DNA of 64,000 nt from a virus: the IMG/VR virus record IMGVR_UViG_3300031673_009915; one strand, written 5' to 3'. Below the pieces are notes generated by a model. The model did not search any database, was not told where the DNA came from, and saw only the letters and a program-made list of their open reading frames with translations. This document shows positions 1 through 8,878 of this stretch, in pieces. A program made the translations under genes and the position numbers. Within the stretch, counting starts at the first letter, position 1, and each line of letters begins with the position of its first letter.

Positions 1-500
1 AAGAAGCGATTTGTGCAAGTGCAAATTTTGAGAAAGCAGGTTGTAGTTATGCAGATTTTAAAGGATCAGATTGTAATGGGGCAAGTTTTAAAAAAGCAGG
101 TTGTCGGAGAACAAATTTTGAGAAAGCAGGTTGTGCAGAGGCTAATTTTCAAAATGCAGATTGTAGGTATGTAAATTTTGAAGAAGCGGATTTACGTGGA
201 ACAGATTTTCAAAAAGCATATTGTTGGAATGCTAATTTTCAAGAAGCAGATTTGCGTGGTGTAAATTTTCACAAAACAAATTTATACTATACAAATTTAA
301 AAGACATAATAATAGATTCACCAATTATACAGATAAATGGCGGCCAATATCAAGTAATAAAATGGAAAGATCAAATTCAAATCGGCTGCATAATTGAGCA
401 AAAAAATTGGTGGTTGAAGAATTATAAAAAAACAATGAGAAAACATAATTACACTTCGGAACAGATTAAAGAATATTATGAATATATTATAGGATATTAA
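1..500 (+). CDS. pentapeptide-repeat protein, paralog 1 (5' end outside window)
   Basis: Frame is open from the window edge to TAA at 498-500. It encodes an A[ND]F[QKE][EK]-A.C.. pentapeptide tract, then the ~65-aa C-terminal domain (IQINGGQYQVIKWKDQIQIGCIIEQKNWW..EYYEYIIGY) shared with 8 other ORFs here. Confidence 0.85.
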   Translation, partial: EAICASANFEKAGCSYADFKGSDCNGASFKKAGCRRTNFEKAGCAEANFQNADCRYVNFEEADLRGTDFQKAYCWNANFQEADLRGVNFHKTNLYYTNLKDIIIDSPIIQINGGQYQVIKWKDQIQIGCIIEQKNWWLKNYKKTMRKHNYTSEQIKEYYEYIIGY

Positions 501-501
501 A

Positions 502-1134
502 ATGAAAAGAGTAATAAAAAATAAAAAAGGTGCAATAATATTTGAAGGAGATGATTTGCGTAATGCAGATTTTCAAAAAGCAAATTGTAGCTATGCTAAT
601 TTTCAAGAAGCAAATTGTGAGGATGCAGATTTTCAAAAAGCAAATTGTAGCTATGCTAATTTTCAAGAAGCAAATTGTGAGGATGCAGATTTTCAAAAAG
701 CATATTGTTGGAATGCTAATTTTCAAGAATCACATTGTTGGCATGTAAATTTTAAAGAAGCAAATTGTAAAGACGCTGATTTTCAAGGATCAGATTGCTG
801 GGGTGCAAATTTTAAAGAAGCGATTTGTAGAAATGCTAATTTTCAAGAAGCATATTGTTGGGGTGCAAATTTCAAAAAAGCAGATTTGCGTGGTGTGAAT
901 TTTAACAAAACAAATTTACTTTATGCAAATTTAAAAGGTATAATAACAGATACTCCAATTTTACAGATAAATGGAAGCCAACATCAAGTGATAAAATGGA
1001 AAGATCAAATTCAGATCGGCTGCATAATTGAACAAAAAAATTGGTGGTTGAAGAATTATAAAAAAACAATGAAAGAACATAATTACACACCAGAGCAAAT
1101 TAAAGAATATTATGAATATATTATAGGATATTAA
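502..1134 (+). CDS. pentapeptide-repeat protein, paralog 2
   Basis: ATG lies 1 nt after the upstream TAA. N-cap MKRVIKNKKGAIIFEGDDLRNADF, a long pentapeptide tract, and the conserved C-domain. Confidence 0.9.
   Translation: MKRVIKNKKGAIIFEGDDLRNADFQKANCSYANFQEANCEDADFQKANCSYANFQEANCEDADFQKAYCWNANFQESHCWHVNFKEANCKDADFQGSDCWGANFKEAICRNANFQEAYCWGANFKKADLRGVNFNKTNLLYANLKGIITDTPILQINGSQHQVIKWKDQIQIGCIIEQKNWWLKNYKKTMKEHNYTPEQIKEYYEYIIGY
565..702 (+). repeat. perfect 60-nt (20-aa, one beta-helix coil) tandem duplication, about 2.3 copies, inside PRP paralog 2
   Basis: gcagattttcaaaaagcaaattgtagctatgctaattttcaagaagcaaattgtgaggat occurs at 565-624 and 625-684. A partial third copy starts at 685. Confidence 0.9.
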
Positions 1135-1135
1135 A

Positions 1136-1903
1136 ATGAAAAGAGTAATAAAAAATAAAAAAGGTGAAGTAATACATGTAATAAATATGGAATTTGAAGG
1201 TGACGATCTGCGTAATGCAGACTTTCACGAAGCAATTTGTGCAAATGCAAATTTTAAAGAAGCAGATTGTGAAGGGGCTAATTTTCAAAAAGCATTTTGT
1301 GCAAATGCTAATTTTAAAGAAGCAAATTGTGAGGATGCAGATTTACGTGATGCGGATTGTTGGCATGCAGATTTTCAAAATGCAAATTGTGAAGGTGTAA
1401 ATTTTCAAAAAGCATATTGTTATAATACAATTTTTTATAAATCAAATTGTGTGTATGCAAATTTTGAAGAAACGAATTGTTTTAATGCATATTTTGAAGA
1501 AGCAATTTGTAGATATGCAATTTTTTATAAATCAAATTGTAGATATACATATTTCAAAAAAGCAGATTGTGAAAGTGCAAATTTTCAAAAAGCAGATTTG
1601 CATGATGCGAATTTTCAAGAAGCAAATTGTGAGGATGCTAATTTTGAGAAAGCAGATTTGCGTGGTGTAAATTTTCATAAAACAGATTTACTTCATGCAA
1701 ATTTAAAAGGTATAATAACAGATACACCAATTTTACAAATAAATGGAAGCCGAGATCAATTTATAAAGTGGAAAGATCAAATTCAAATCGGTTGTATAAT
1801 TGAAGAAAAAGAATGGTGGTTAGAAAATTATAATGAAACAATGCAAGAATATAATTACACACCAGAGCAAATTAAAGAATATTATGAATATATTACAGGA
1901 TGA
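1136..1903 (+). CDS. pentapeptide-repeat protein, paralog 3 (255 aa)
   Basis: TAA-A-ATG junction with paralog 2. Same N-cap, an extended repeat tract, and the same C-domain (..INGSRDQFIKWKDQIQIGCIIEEKEWW..). Confidence 0.9.
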   Translation: MKRVIKNKKGEVIHVINMEFEGDDLRNADFHEAICANANFKEADCEGANFQKAFCANANFKEANCEDADLRDADCWHADFQNANCEGVNFQKAYCYNTIFYKSNCVYANFEETNCFNAYFEEAICRYAIFYKSNCRYTYFKKADCESANFQKADLHDANFQEANCEDANFEKADLRGVNFHKTDLLHANLKGIITDTPILQINGSRDQFIKWKDQIQIGCIIEEKEWWLENYNETMQEYNYTPEQIKEYYEYITG

Positions 1904-1929
1904 TAAAAAAAAGAAAGATGGTATTTTTA

Positions 1930-2397
1930 TTAAAAAGATAATCCAGCACTCCCTATAATTTCATAAATATTATTTTCAAAATTTACATTTCCTGACAGAC
2001 CAAAAGACACAAATTTCCATCTATATAGAAAAGATAATCCATATAAAGAATATGTTTTTTTATTTATATAAATAAAACCATAATTAAATAAAATTGTTTT
2101 TTTATATCTATCTTTTATAATAGAACTAAGAATAAAATCTTTTTGAGCTTCTTTACAAAAATCAAATACAGAAATATGTAAAATATTATTTCTTATATCT
2201 CCTAAAATATTTAATTGTGATTTATAACAATCTATATATTCATTATAGTTTAAAGGATGCCGAATATATTTAAATTCAGTTTTTGTTTCTCGGATAATTT
2301 TAATCTGAGTATCTTCTTTTTTGTTTTTATATAAAAAGAAAAAACCTATTAAAGTTAAAATTATTCCTAGAAAAATTCCCATAAAAAATTTTTTCAT
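1930..2397 (-). CDS. membrane-anchored protein, possibly outer-membrane/spanin-like lysis accessory
   Basis: 155 aa with an N-terminal hydrophobic segment (FFMGIFLGIILTLIGFFFL). The C-terminus alternates hydrophobic residues and ends in Phe (..IIGSAGLSF), which is OMP-like. It overlaps the holin-like gene (ATGA). Confidence 0.45.
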   Translation of the reverse strand: MKKFFMGIFLGIILTLIGFFFLYKNKKEDTQIKIIRETKTEFKYIRHPLNYNEYIDCYKSQLNILGDIRNNILHISVFDFCKEAQKDFILSSIIKDRYKKTILFNYGFIYINKKTYSLYGLSFLYRWKFVSFGLSGNVNFENNIYEIIGSAGLSF

Positions 2398-2651
2398 TTA
2401 TTTATTTCATTCATTTTATCTTGATTAGAAGATTCTTTTTTAAAAATTGTAGCTATGTGCTCAATTGCATTTCCTCCAAAAAATCCCATTATCAATAATA
2501 AAGTATAATACATAAATTTTTTATAAAATTCTAATTGCATAAAAAAAGAAGATATTATTCCTACTATTACAAATAAAAAAGTCATTATAATTTTTCGATT
2601 TCCTATTATAAAAAACCGTTTTTTCATGAACATCCTATTCCAAAATAGCAT
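2394..2651 (-). CDS. holin-like small membrane protein
   Basis: 85 aa with two predicted TM helices and a charged C-terminal tail (KKESSNQDKMNEINK). It lies just downstream of the endolysin candidate. Confidence 0.5.
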   Translation of the reverse strand: MLFWNRMFMKKRFFIIGNRKIIMTFLFVIVGIISSFFMQLEFYKKFMYYTLLLIMGFFGGNAIEHIATIFKKESSNQDKMNEINK

Positions 2652-2749
2652 CCTTTAATGAAAGAAATAATCAATAGTAATATCATTATTATTCCTATAA
2701 TAATTTTCTTTTTGTGATTGATCCAAAAATTTTTAATGCATTCTTTCAT
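2624..2749 (-). CDS. small single-TM protein (41 aa; hand-found, below ORF-track cutoff)
   Basis: Translation is MKECIKNFWINHKKKIIIGIIMILLLIISFIKGCYFGIGCS. A GGAGAGAA-like RBS sits upstream. The ORF lies between the endolysin and holin candidates and overlaps the holin start. Confidence 0.3.
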   Translation of the reverse strand: MKECIKNFWINHKKKIIIGIIMILLLIISFIKGCYFGIGCS

Positions 2750-2770
2750 ATTTTCTCTCCTTAAAAAATT

Positions 2771-3367
2771 TTATTTACTCCAATACATACAACGAACTTT
2801 TTTTCCTGTATATTTTTTTAAATATTCATCAGTGTATTGAACATTTTTACCTTCTATATTTTTATAATTCATTTTTGCATCTCCAAAAGGATCATGACAG
2901 ATTTTTCCATTTTCATCAAATCCAATCAATAAAATTATATGTCCTCCGGATAATTTTCCTATTTTATTTGTTCCAATAATAACAGGGCCATATGTGTTTA
3001 TTACAGAATTAAGTATATCATAATTCAAATCACAATCATGAAATGTGATTTTTCCTTTTATTTCTCTTGCATTTAACCATTTTTCAATACCAGCTTTTTG
3101 TACTAACCACCATAAAGACGTTCGTCCTTTTATCCAATTATATTTTCTTTTTATTTGTTCTCCAATTCCAGAAAGGCCTATTGAAAATTCAATATCATCT
3201 AAATATTTTGCAAGTTCATCATCATCTTTTGCAATAATTTCATTACAAAAATAAGACATAAACATCCAGGCGGATGTGCTGAAACATTGCCAATACGCTT
3301 TGAATTTTCCATTAAAATCTTTATTATCTCTCTGACTATTATAATCAATATTCAAAAGTATTCCCAT
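2771..3367 (-). CDS. putative endolysin, papain-like (C39-like) cysteine peptidase
   Basis: 198 aa with a Q-C nucleophile context (AYWQCFSTSAWMF) and a downstream His (GGHIILLIGFDENG). It is the last gene of the late operon, next to the holin-like ORFs. Confidence 0.5.
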   Translation of the reverse strand: MGILLNIDYNSQRDNKDFNGKFKAYWQCFSTSAWMFMSYFCNEIIAKDDDELAKYLDDIEFSIGLSGIGEQIKRKYNWIKGRTSLWWLVQKAGIEKWLNAREIKGKITFHDCDLNYDILNSVINTYGPVIIGTNKIGKLSGGHIILLIGFDENGKICHDPFGDAKMNYKNIEGKNVQYTDEYLKKYTGKKVRCMYWSK

Positions 3368-3376
3368 TTTATCCTC

Positions 3377-4540
3377 CTATCTACTATATGAAGCAATAAA
3401 TGAACAGTGATTTGGTTTATCAATAGCAACTCCATTCGTATGAGCTCTTATTACACTCCCCTTAATTAAATATCCACTCCAGGAGCAAGAACCTGCCTCT
3501 ACTCCTGAATCAGCCGTGTCTTCACACAATCTATTTGCAGACACAAAAGTATCATCATGTATACTTAGATTATTTTGAGTAGAATCTTTTGAAATTCCTA
3601 AATATAATGTTGATGTTCGTGCTCCTGTATGCGTGAAAGTATATATACCAGATTTGTTAATGATAAATGTCAATCCTTCAGTATTTCCATTATATCCCGG
3701 ATGATTGTGAGTAAATAAATTTCCAAAACTTTCAACTTGAGTATTAAAACGTATGATACAGGTATCTACTGATCCATATCCATTATATATATTGAATGTT
3801 GTCTGACAATCTAATTTTTCATGTGTTATTTCCCATTTAGCAGAACTTGAACAAGCCAATAATTTTAATAAATTTTGAAATTTTGGTAATTGTATTTCAG
3901 TTAATAAATCTTGTGTTATTTCATCACTGCCTTCTCTCTGTATAGTCATTATATTTGATCCGCCTTGTGCAGCATGAAAAAACTCATATTCCTTTTCATA
4001 ATTATCTGCAAGTGTAGGTAAGTTAATAATGATATTACCACCTGCTGTGTCTCCAATATATTTCTGATATGTCTCTCCATCTGTTATAGTGTATGGAGAA
4101 TCTGCATTAGTAAGATATTTTACTTTTGTAAAATTATTAAAAATATTCCATAATTTATTCATGTCTGCTCCATCACTCATCCATTCCGTATATTCATTTT
4201 CAATAAGACCTACTGTGATAGATTCAATAGCGATATTTACCAAAAAAGCACTCAAATTTATTATGAATAATTTTTTTCCTTCAGGCAATGATCCTGAAAT
4301 TGTGACAGTAATTCCAGCACTAGGATCAGATAAGATCACCACATTGGTAAAATATGTATCCAAATTTACTGAACCTGTACTAATTATTTTTAGACACACA
4401 TCTCCGATATATTTTTGAAGCAATAGAGCCGTAACCGTTTTGTCTCGATCCTTTCCTGTTCCTCTTGTTGCCCAAAATACATCAGCGTCTTCTAAAGTTG
4501 TTGCAACCGGAAAATCCGGTATTGTAATTGTGTTTGCCAT
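3377..4540 (-). CDS. tail fibre / receptor-binding protein
   Basis: 387 aa, the terminal gene of the baseplate block. The C-terminal half is beta-rich (..GIYTFTHTGARTSTLYLGISKD..) and looks like a jelly-roll tip domain by eye. Confidence 0.55.
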   Translation of the reverse strand: MANTITIPDFPVATTLEDADVFWATRGTGKDRDKTVTALLLQKYIGDVCLKIISTGSVNLDTYFTNVVILSDPSAGITVTISGSLPEGKKLFIINLSAFLVNIAIESITVGLIENEYTEWMSDGADMNKLWNIFNNFTKVKYLTNADSPYTITDGETYQKYIGDTAGGNIIINLPTLADNYEKEYEFFHAAQGGSNIMTIQREGSDEITQDLLTEIQLPKFQNLLKLLACSSSAKWEITHEKLDCQTTFNIYNGYGSVDTCIIRFNTQVESFGNLFTHNHPGYNGNTEGLTFIINKSGIYTFTHTGARTSTLYLGISKDSTQNNLSIHDDTFVSANRLCEDTADSGVEAGSCSWSGYLIKGSVIRAHTNGVAIDKPNHCSFIASYSR

Positions 4541-4555
4541 TTTTAATTCCTCCTT

Positions 4556-5158
4556 TTATGTATAAGTAGAAATAGTGTTATCATTTCCATCGAGAACATT
4601 ATTACCATTTCCATCTAATACTAAACTACTTGTTATTTCAATAATTGTTATTAAATAATTATCATTTCCATCGAGAACATTATTACCATTTCCATCTAAA
4701 ATAAATACTCCAATATAACCATTAACCCCTGCTGGAGATATTGCTTCTAATGTTTTAGAAACAACTACTGCGTCTGTAATTAAATAATATTTTGCTGGAT
4801 ATGAAGGATAATATTCCACATAAGTTGCTTCATAAATTGCTTTTAAGATTTCAATAATACTATCAGGTTCACCGCTGTATGCAAGAGATGATTTTTGTTT
4901 TATAGCAATTCTGTAAAACTCATCAGACATACCCGCTCTTTCAAGATTAAAAATAATTCCTATGATATCTAATTGAACCCCTACAGCAATATCTAAATTA
5001 AATTCATCTTTGATTTCAAACAAAGATATTTCAATATCATTAGCAGAATTATTAGCAGTTTCAATTATTCCTTTTAGTTTAGTAGAAATTTGAAATTGAG
5101 AAATAAATAATTCTAGATTATAATTATAATCTGTGATTTTTGTAATTGAACATGTCAT
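4556..5158 (-). CDS. baseplate-to-fibre adaptor protein (P2 gpI / DUF2612-like position)
   Basis: 200 aa whose start overlaps the Baseplate-J stop. The C-terminus carries a duplicated LDGNGNNVLDGNDN motif (40-nt repeat at 4578-4617 and 4659-4698). Confidence 0.5.
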   Translation of the reverse strand: MTCSITKITDYNYNLELFISQFQISTKLKGIIETANNSANDIEISLFEIKDEFNLDIAVGVQLDIIGIIFNLERAGMSDEFYRIAIKQKSSLAYSGEPDSIIEILKAIYEATYVEYYPSYPAKYYLITDAVVVSKTLEAISPAGVNGYIGVFILDGNGNNVLDGNDNYLITIIEITSSLVLDGNGNNVLDGNDNTISTYT

Positions 5159-6603
5159 GGAATATCCTCTACAATCATTCTATCAATTGCAAAATTAGCA
5201 TATTCTCTTACTGCTATTATTATATTCTGTTCTAAATACACAGGAGAATCTATTGGAGAATATGTACCATCTAATGATATTTTTATATTTTCAATTCCAG
5301 ATACTTTGTAAATAGGAGTGGATAATCGCTGTCTAATTACATCTTTACTAATAGATTGATTAAGAAGAGACCATTCTAAAATATATTGTTTTATAGCATT
5401 ATCTCCATCAACCGGATAAATTTCTTCATCAAAAAAGTCTCTTTGTACTTTTACCCATATATATTTTGCAACGGGTCTAGAAAATTTAATTTCTTGGTCT
5501 TTCCCTTCACTATCTTTTATAATTTTTGACACATTTCCATATGTAGCGATGCCCGCGGGCATTGTATTCCAAATATTTTGAGCAATATCTTCTTCATCTC
5601 CTCCAACAACCACTACTTCAAAACTATGCGGAGGTAATCCATCTATATTTGTTACATCTGTTCTATTAGATATAATTATCACTTGAGTAATTCCAGATAC
5701 ATTATTACTAACAGCATTTACAATAGCGTCTTCTGTCGCGTTTCCTGTTACAAGTGTGTTAGCTCTTCTGATTCGAAGTTCTTCATCTGTTTCTCTATTT
5801 CTTCCCATCAACCCGGCATTTGGATTATTCACTTCATCCCATCCACTCACAGGAGTAACAATAGTATCTAACGTGTTTGAAGGAACTGGGTATGCTCCTG
5901 TTTCTTCAGATAAAAAATCACCCCCGCTTGCTAATAATTCAAGTGCTATATTTACTGTATGAGTAATATTAAAATTATTTAATATTTGTTCTATTTTTAA
6001 AATTTCTACATTTTGGACAACAATACCTTCAAATGACCCAGCTTCAATTAAATCTTTTAATTCTGTTGTAACAATTTCTGCTGTATCATCTAATATAGTA
6101 ACATAAGTATATGGAATAGTATCTATTGTAATTGTATATGTTTCTCCTATTCCACCAGGTTCATCAATAGATAATTCTACATAACGAGCAGTTGTAATTG
6201 ATATAGTAACATCTTCTAAAAGAGCATAATCTATGTCTGTAAAATCACCTGTACTTTGCTTAACTTTATTTCCTACTTCAACTAAAGTTCCCTCATTTCC
6301 ATATACAAATACATCGTAGACAATTGTATTTGTAGCACTTTGACGTATAACACCTGTTTCACTACATATATTATCAAGAGAAATTCCCTCAGCAGAATTA
6401 GGATTTCTACTGTTATATATTTCTTCTGCTCCGTCCCAAATATCAGCATCTCTTTTTGAAAGTAATCCAATCAATTGTCCAAACGGTCCGACGGGGTCTA
6501 AATCAATGTCTCCAAAAATTGATTGAAAAGATTCTTCATAATATGTTTTTAATTCTTCAAAAGTTTTTTTTATAAATCCGTTTTCTGTAATAAATATTCC
6601 CAT
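5155..6603 (-). CDS. baseplate wedge protein, Baseplate_J family (P2 gpJ / Mu gp47 / XkdT-like)
   Basis: 482 aa, located between the gpW/gp25-like gene and the fibre genes, with overlapping stops and starts. Confidence 0.7.
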   Translation of the reverse strand: MGIFITENGFIKKTFEELKTYYEESFQSIFGDIDLDPVGPFGQLIGLLSKRDADIWDGAEEIYNSRNPNSAEGISLDNICSETGVIRQSATNTIVYDVFVYGNEGTLVEVGNKVKQSTGDFTDIDYALLEDVTISITTARYVELSIDEPGGIGETYTITIDTIPYTYVTILDDTAEIVTTELKDLIEAGSFEGIVVQNVEILKIEQILNNFNITHTVNIALELLASGGDFLSEETGAYPVPSNTLDTIVTPVSGWDEVNNPNAGLMGRNRETDEELRIRRANTLVTGNATEDAIVNAVSNNVSGITQVIIISNRTDVTNIDGLPPHSFEVVVVGGDEEDIAQNIWNTMPAGIATYGNVSKIIKDSEGKDQEIKFSRPVAKYIWVKVQRDFFDEEIYPVDGDNAIKQYILEWSLLNQSISKDVIRQRLSTPIYKVSGIENIKISLDGTYSPIDSPVYLEQNIIIAVREYANFAIDRMIVEDIP

Positions 6604-6615
6604 TATATATTCTCC

Positions 6616-6987
6616 TTATATTGAGACTGATCCAATCACTGAAATATTTTCTCCTTGTTCTATTGTAAGAATTTCAAAATCAACAATAAATTTTCTTAGA
6701 TTTCTATCATAATCTACCTTAAAATTTATTATTTTATTAACGCCATTTGTATTTTTTATTTCTTTTTTTAAGATTGTTCCTACTTGATTTAAATTAACTT
6801 GTTTTTTTAAAATTTTTTGAAAATATTCTATTCCTAAAGTTTGATTAACAAACCATTCCCCAAAAAAAGTTTTTAACTTATTTTTTAATTTCTGACTTAA
6901 CCATTCTGTCTGAGATTCAGTAAATCTTAAATTAAAATTTTTTATATCAATATCTCCTGTCAAAGAATTTAAATATAAATTTTTCAT
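6616..6987 (-). CDS. baseplate wedge subunit, gpW / T4 gp25 / XkdS-like
   Basis: 123 aa, immediately upstream of Baseplate_J. Contains the ..LKTFFGEWFVNQTLGIEYF.. pattern typical of this small wedge protein. Confidence 0.55.
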   Translation of the reverse strand: MKNLYLNSLTGDIDIKNFNLRFTESQTEWLSQKLKNKLKTFFGEWFVNQTLGIEYFQKILKKQVNLNQVGTILKKEIKNTNGVNKIINFKVDYDRNLRKFIVDFEILTIEQGENISVIGSVSI

Positions 6988-7664
6988 GGTAATTTTACTT
7001 CATTTACTTTTGACGCTGTTGTTATCATAATAATAGGAGATGGAACATATGAACCTCCTAAATTTATGATTGCTGTAGCTATCAAAGATAAATTTGCATT
7101 GATTTGAGTGGAAATATTCTGAATATCTGTATCATATCCTGTGTATCTTATTGCATTATCATTTTTTCCATTTATTTCAATATTTCCATCTTTATTGATA
7201 TTTATAAAAGTATTATTATTGTCTATTTCGATATTTCCCGCAGAAGTTATTTCGATTATAGCAGGACTTACAGGAACTTGTCGAAAAGGCCATAATCCAG
7301 GAATACACATAGCATCTGTGAGTGAAAATCTAGATATATCATCTGCATCCGTGTCTTTTCCAGAACTTGATAAATAATTCCCAATACCTGTTTCAGCAAA
7401 TAATATGAGACATTTATCTCCTCTTTTAAGAGGAAATAATAAACAAAATTCTCCTGATCCCGGAAATACGACTGGAACATTATCAACAACAGGCAAAGAA
7501 ATACTATTACCCCCACGCGTGATTAAATTTACTAAAGGTTTTACAGAGGCTTTTCTTTGAGAATGTCCTTCGTATTTTACAATTTCTCCTGGAATAACAG
7601 TATGAATATTTTCCATTCGACTATCAAAAAAAGCTTGTAATATTTCTACTGGATCATCTGTCAT
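6984..7664 (-). CDS. baseplate central spike/hub protein (gpV / Mu gp45 / gp138-N-like)
   Basis: 226 aa with an OB-like N-terminal part (..IPGEIVKYEGHSQRKASVKPLVN..VPVVFPG..). Position matches the canonical hub-spike-wedge order. Confidence 0.5.
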   Translation of the reverse strand: MTDDPVEILQAFFDSRMENIHTVIPGEIVKYEGHSQRKASVKPLVNLITRGGNSISLPVVDNVPVVFPGSGEFCLLFPLKRGDKCLILFAETGIGNYLSSSGKDTDADDISRFSLTDAMCIPGLWPFRQVPVSPAIIEITSAGNIEIDNNNTFININKDGNIEINGKNDNAIRYTGYDTDIQNISTQINANLSLIATAIINLGGSYVPSPIIMITTASKVNEVKLP

Positions 7665-8521
7665 ATAAAAGCCTCCCCTTTTACCCCATAATTTCCTCCA
7701 TAATTATTTCCTTCAAATTTTAATTTTTCAATTATAAAATTTCCTTTTAGATTAGGAGTATCAAAAACTACAGGAGCATTTGGTTGTAATTGAGAAATCA
7801 TAATTGTTTCAAATCCAACTCTTTTTTTTACTTTCTTTTTCGGTTTTCTTTTTTTTCCTCCTTTTTCATCTTTGATCTCTGCTTCTGTTATATCTTTTAC
7901 AAAAATCAATCCTCCTGTATATGTTAAATATACAATATTGAACCGGCTTGGTTGTCCATTTTTATATATTACTATTTCATCATTATCAACATACATAGAG
8001 CAATCATTTGTATTTAATATTTCATTTATATACCGCATAGCTCCATTCACAGAACCAGCATATACCCAGCCATTTGGCAACCGAATTTGTGCATTCTGTT
8101 CTCCGTGAATAACAACACCCAACAATGCAGCAATGTTACGAACAGGTTTAGATAATAATGTATTTGGACCATAACTAATCGAAATATTACTGCGTTTTAA
8201 TTCTATTTTAGAACTTTTTCCTACAGCAATTATTTCACATTTAGTGTCAACTCCTTGTTTAGAATGAATACTTTGAATTATACTTCCTGTAAAAATAGTT
8301 GAAATAGATTCATCTTTATATCCAGCTTTAAATATAACATTATTTCCTTTTTTTAATATATCTTGAACAGTAGAATTCTTAGCATTATATATAATAAATT
8401 TTCCTGTATTTTCCGAAGGAGACATCGTTTTTTCAATAGAAAAATCTATGTTCAAATCACTCATTAACAGTCCAGTGCCTTGTTCACCCACAGACAATTC
8501 AATGACTCTATCCCAAGCCAT
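7661..8521 (-). CDS. baseplate hub protein (P2 gpD / Mu gp44 / XkdQ-like)
   Basis: 286 aa, located between the tape-measure-proximal genes and the spike. Basic patch KKRKPKKKVKKR. Confidence 0.5.
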   Translation of the reverse strand: MAWDRVIELSVGEQGTGLLMSDLNIDFSIEKTMSPSENTGKFIIYNAKNSTVQDILKKGNNVIFKAGYKDESISTIFTGSIIQSIHSKQGVDTKCEIIAVGKSSKIELKRSNISISYGPNTLLSKPVRNIAALLGVVIHGEQNAQIRLPNGWVYAGSVNGAMRYINEILNTNDCSMYVDNDEIVIYKNGQPSRFNIVYLTYTGGLIFVKDITEAEIKDEKGGKKRKPKKKVKKRVGFETIMISQLQPNAPVVFDTPNLKGNFIIEKLKFEGNNYGGNYGVKGEAFI

Positions 8522-8867
8522 AATAATCCTCCCACTGTTCAGCTTCTATTAAAGATGCATAGAAAAAACTCCATCCATTCCCTAAATTTTCATAAGATAT
8601 TCTATCTTCCACTTCTTCGTCCGTTTTTTTAATAATTAAATCTCCTCGAAAATTAGGTAATTGTGCTCTATATTGTCTAATTAAAAGCCAGTTAGGCACT
8701 AATTTTATTCCAGATAGGATATTATTTGAATCTTCATCTTCTATTGTTAAATACCATGCTTCTGATCTAGAATTCCATATAAAAGTTAATAACAGAGTTC
8801 TCGTTCCTAAAATAATTTCTTGAATGAAATTTGAACTTAATGTTTGAAATGTTTCAATTCTTTCCAA
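8508..8867 (-). CDS. hypothetical tail/baseplate protein
   Basis: 119-aa ORF in the tail operon, overlapping the hub gene start. Confidence 0.45.
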   Translation of the reverse strand: MERIETFQTLSSNFIQEIILGTRTLLLTFIWNSRSEAWYLTIEDEDSNNILSGIKLVPNWLLIRQYRAQLPNFRGDLIIKKTDEEVEDRISYENLGNGWSFFYASLIEAEQWEDYYGLG

Positions 8868-8878
8868 TTAAATCCCTC

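Noticed and set aside
1-169. Treating the similarity between the two window edges as proof that the window wraps a circular genome
   Set aside because: The match (1-169 versus 63612-63780) has mismatches and is followed by divergent sequence. These are paralogs, not the same bases seen twice. Circularity remains possible but unproven.
565-702. CRISPR-like regular short repeats in the PRP regions
   Set aside because: The periodicity is 15/30/60 nt in-frame coding repeats with no unique spacers, no leader and no cas genes. It is not a CRISPR array.
487-1670. Alternative-frame and antisense ORFs inside the left PRP array (487-726, 542-748, 902-1090, 1194-1400, 1449-1670)
   Set aside because: They lie wholly within the PRP genes. 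Their translations are low-complexity echoes (..ICFLKISI.., ..QIFKKQIV..) produced because the 15/30-nt periodic sequence lacks stops in several frames. They have no independent RBS or conserved caps.
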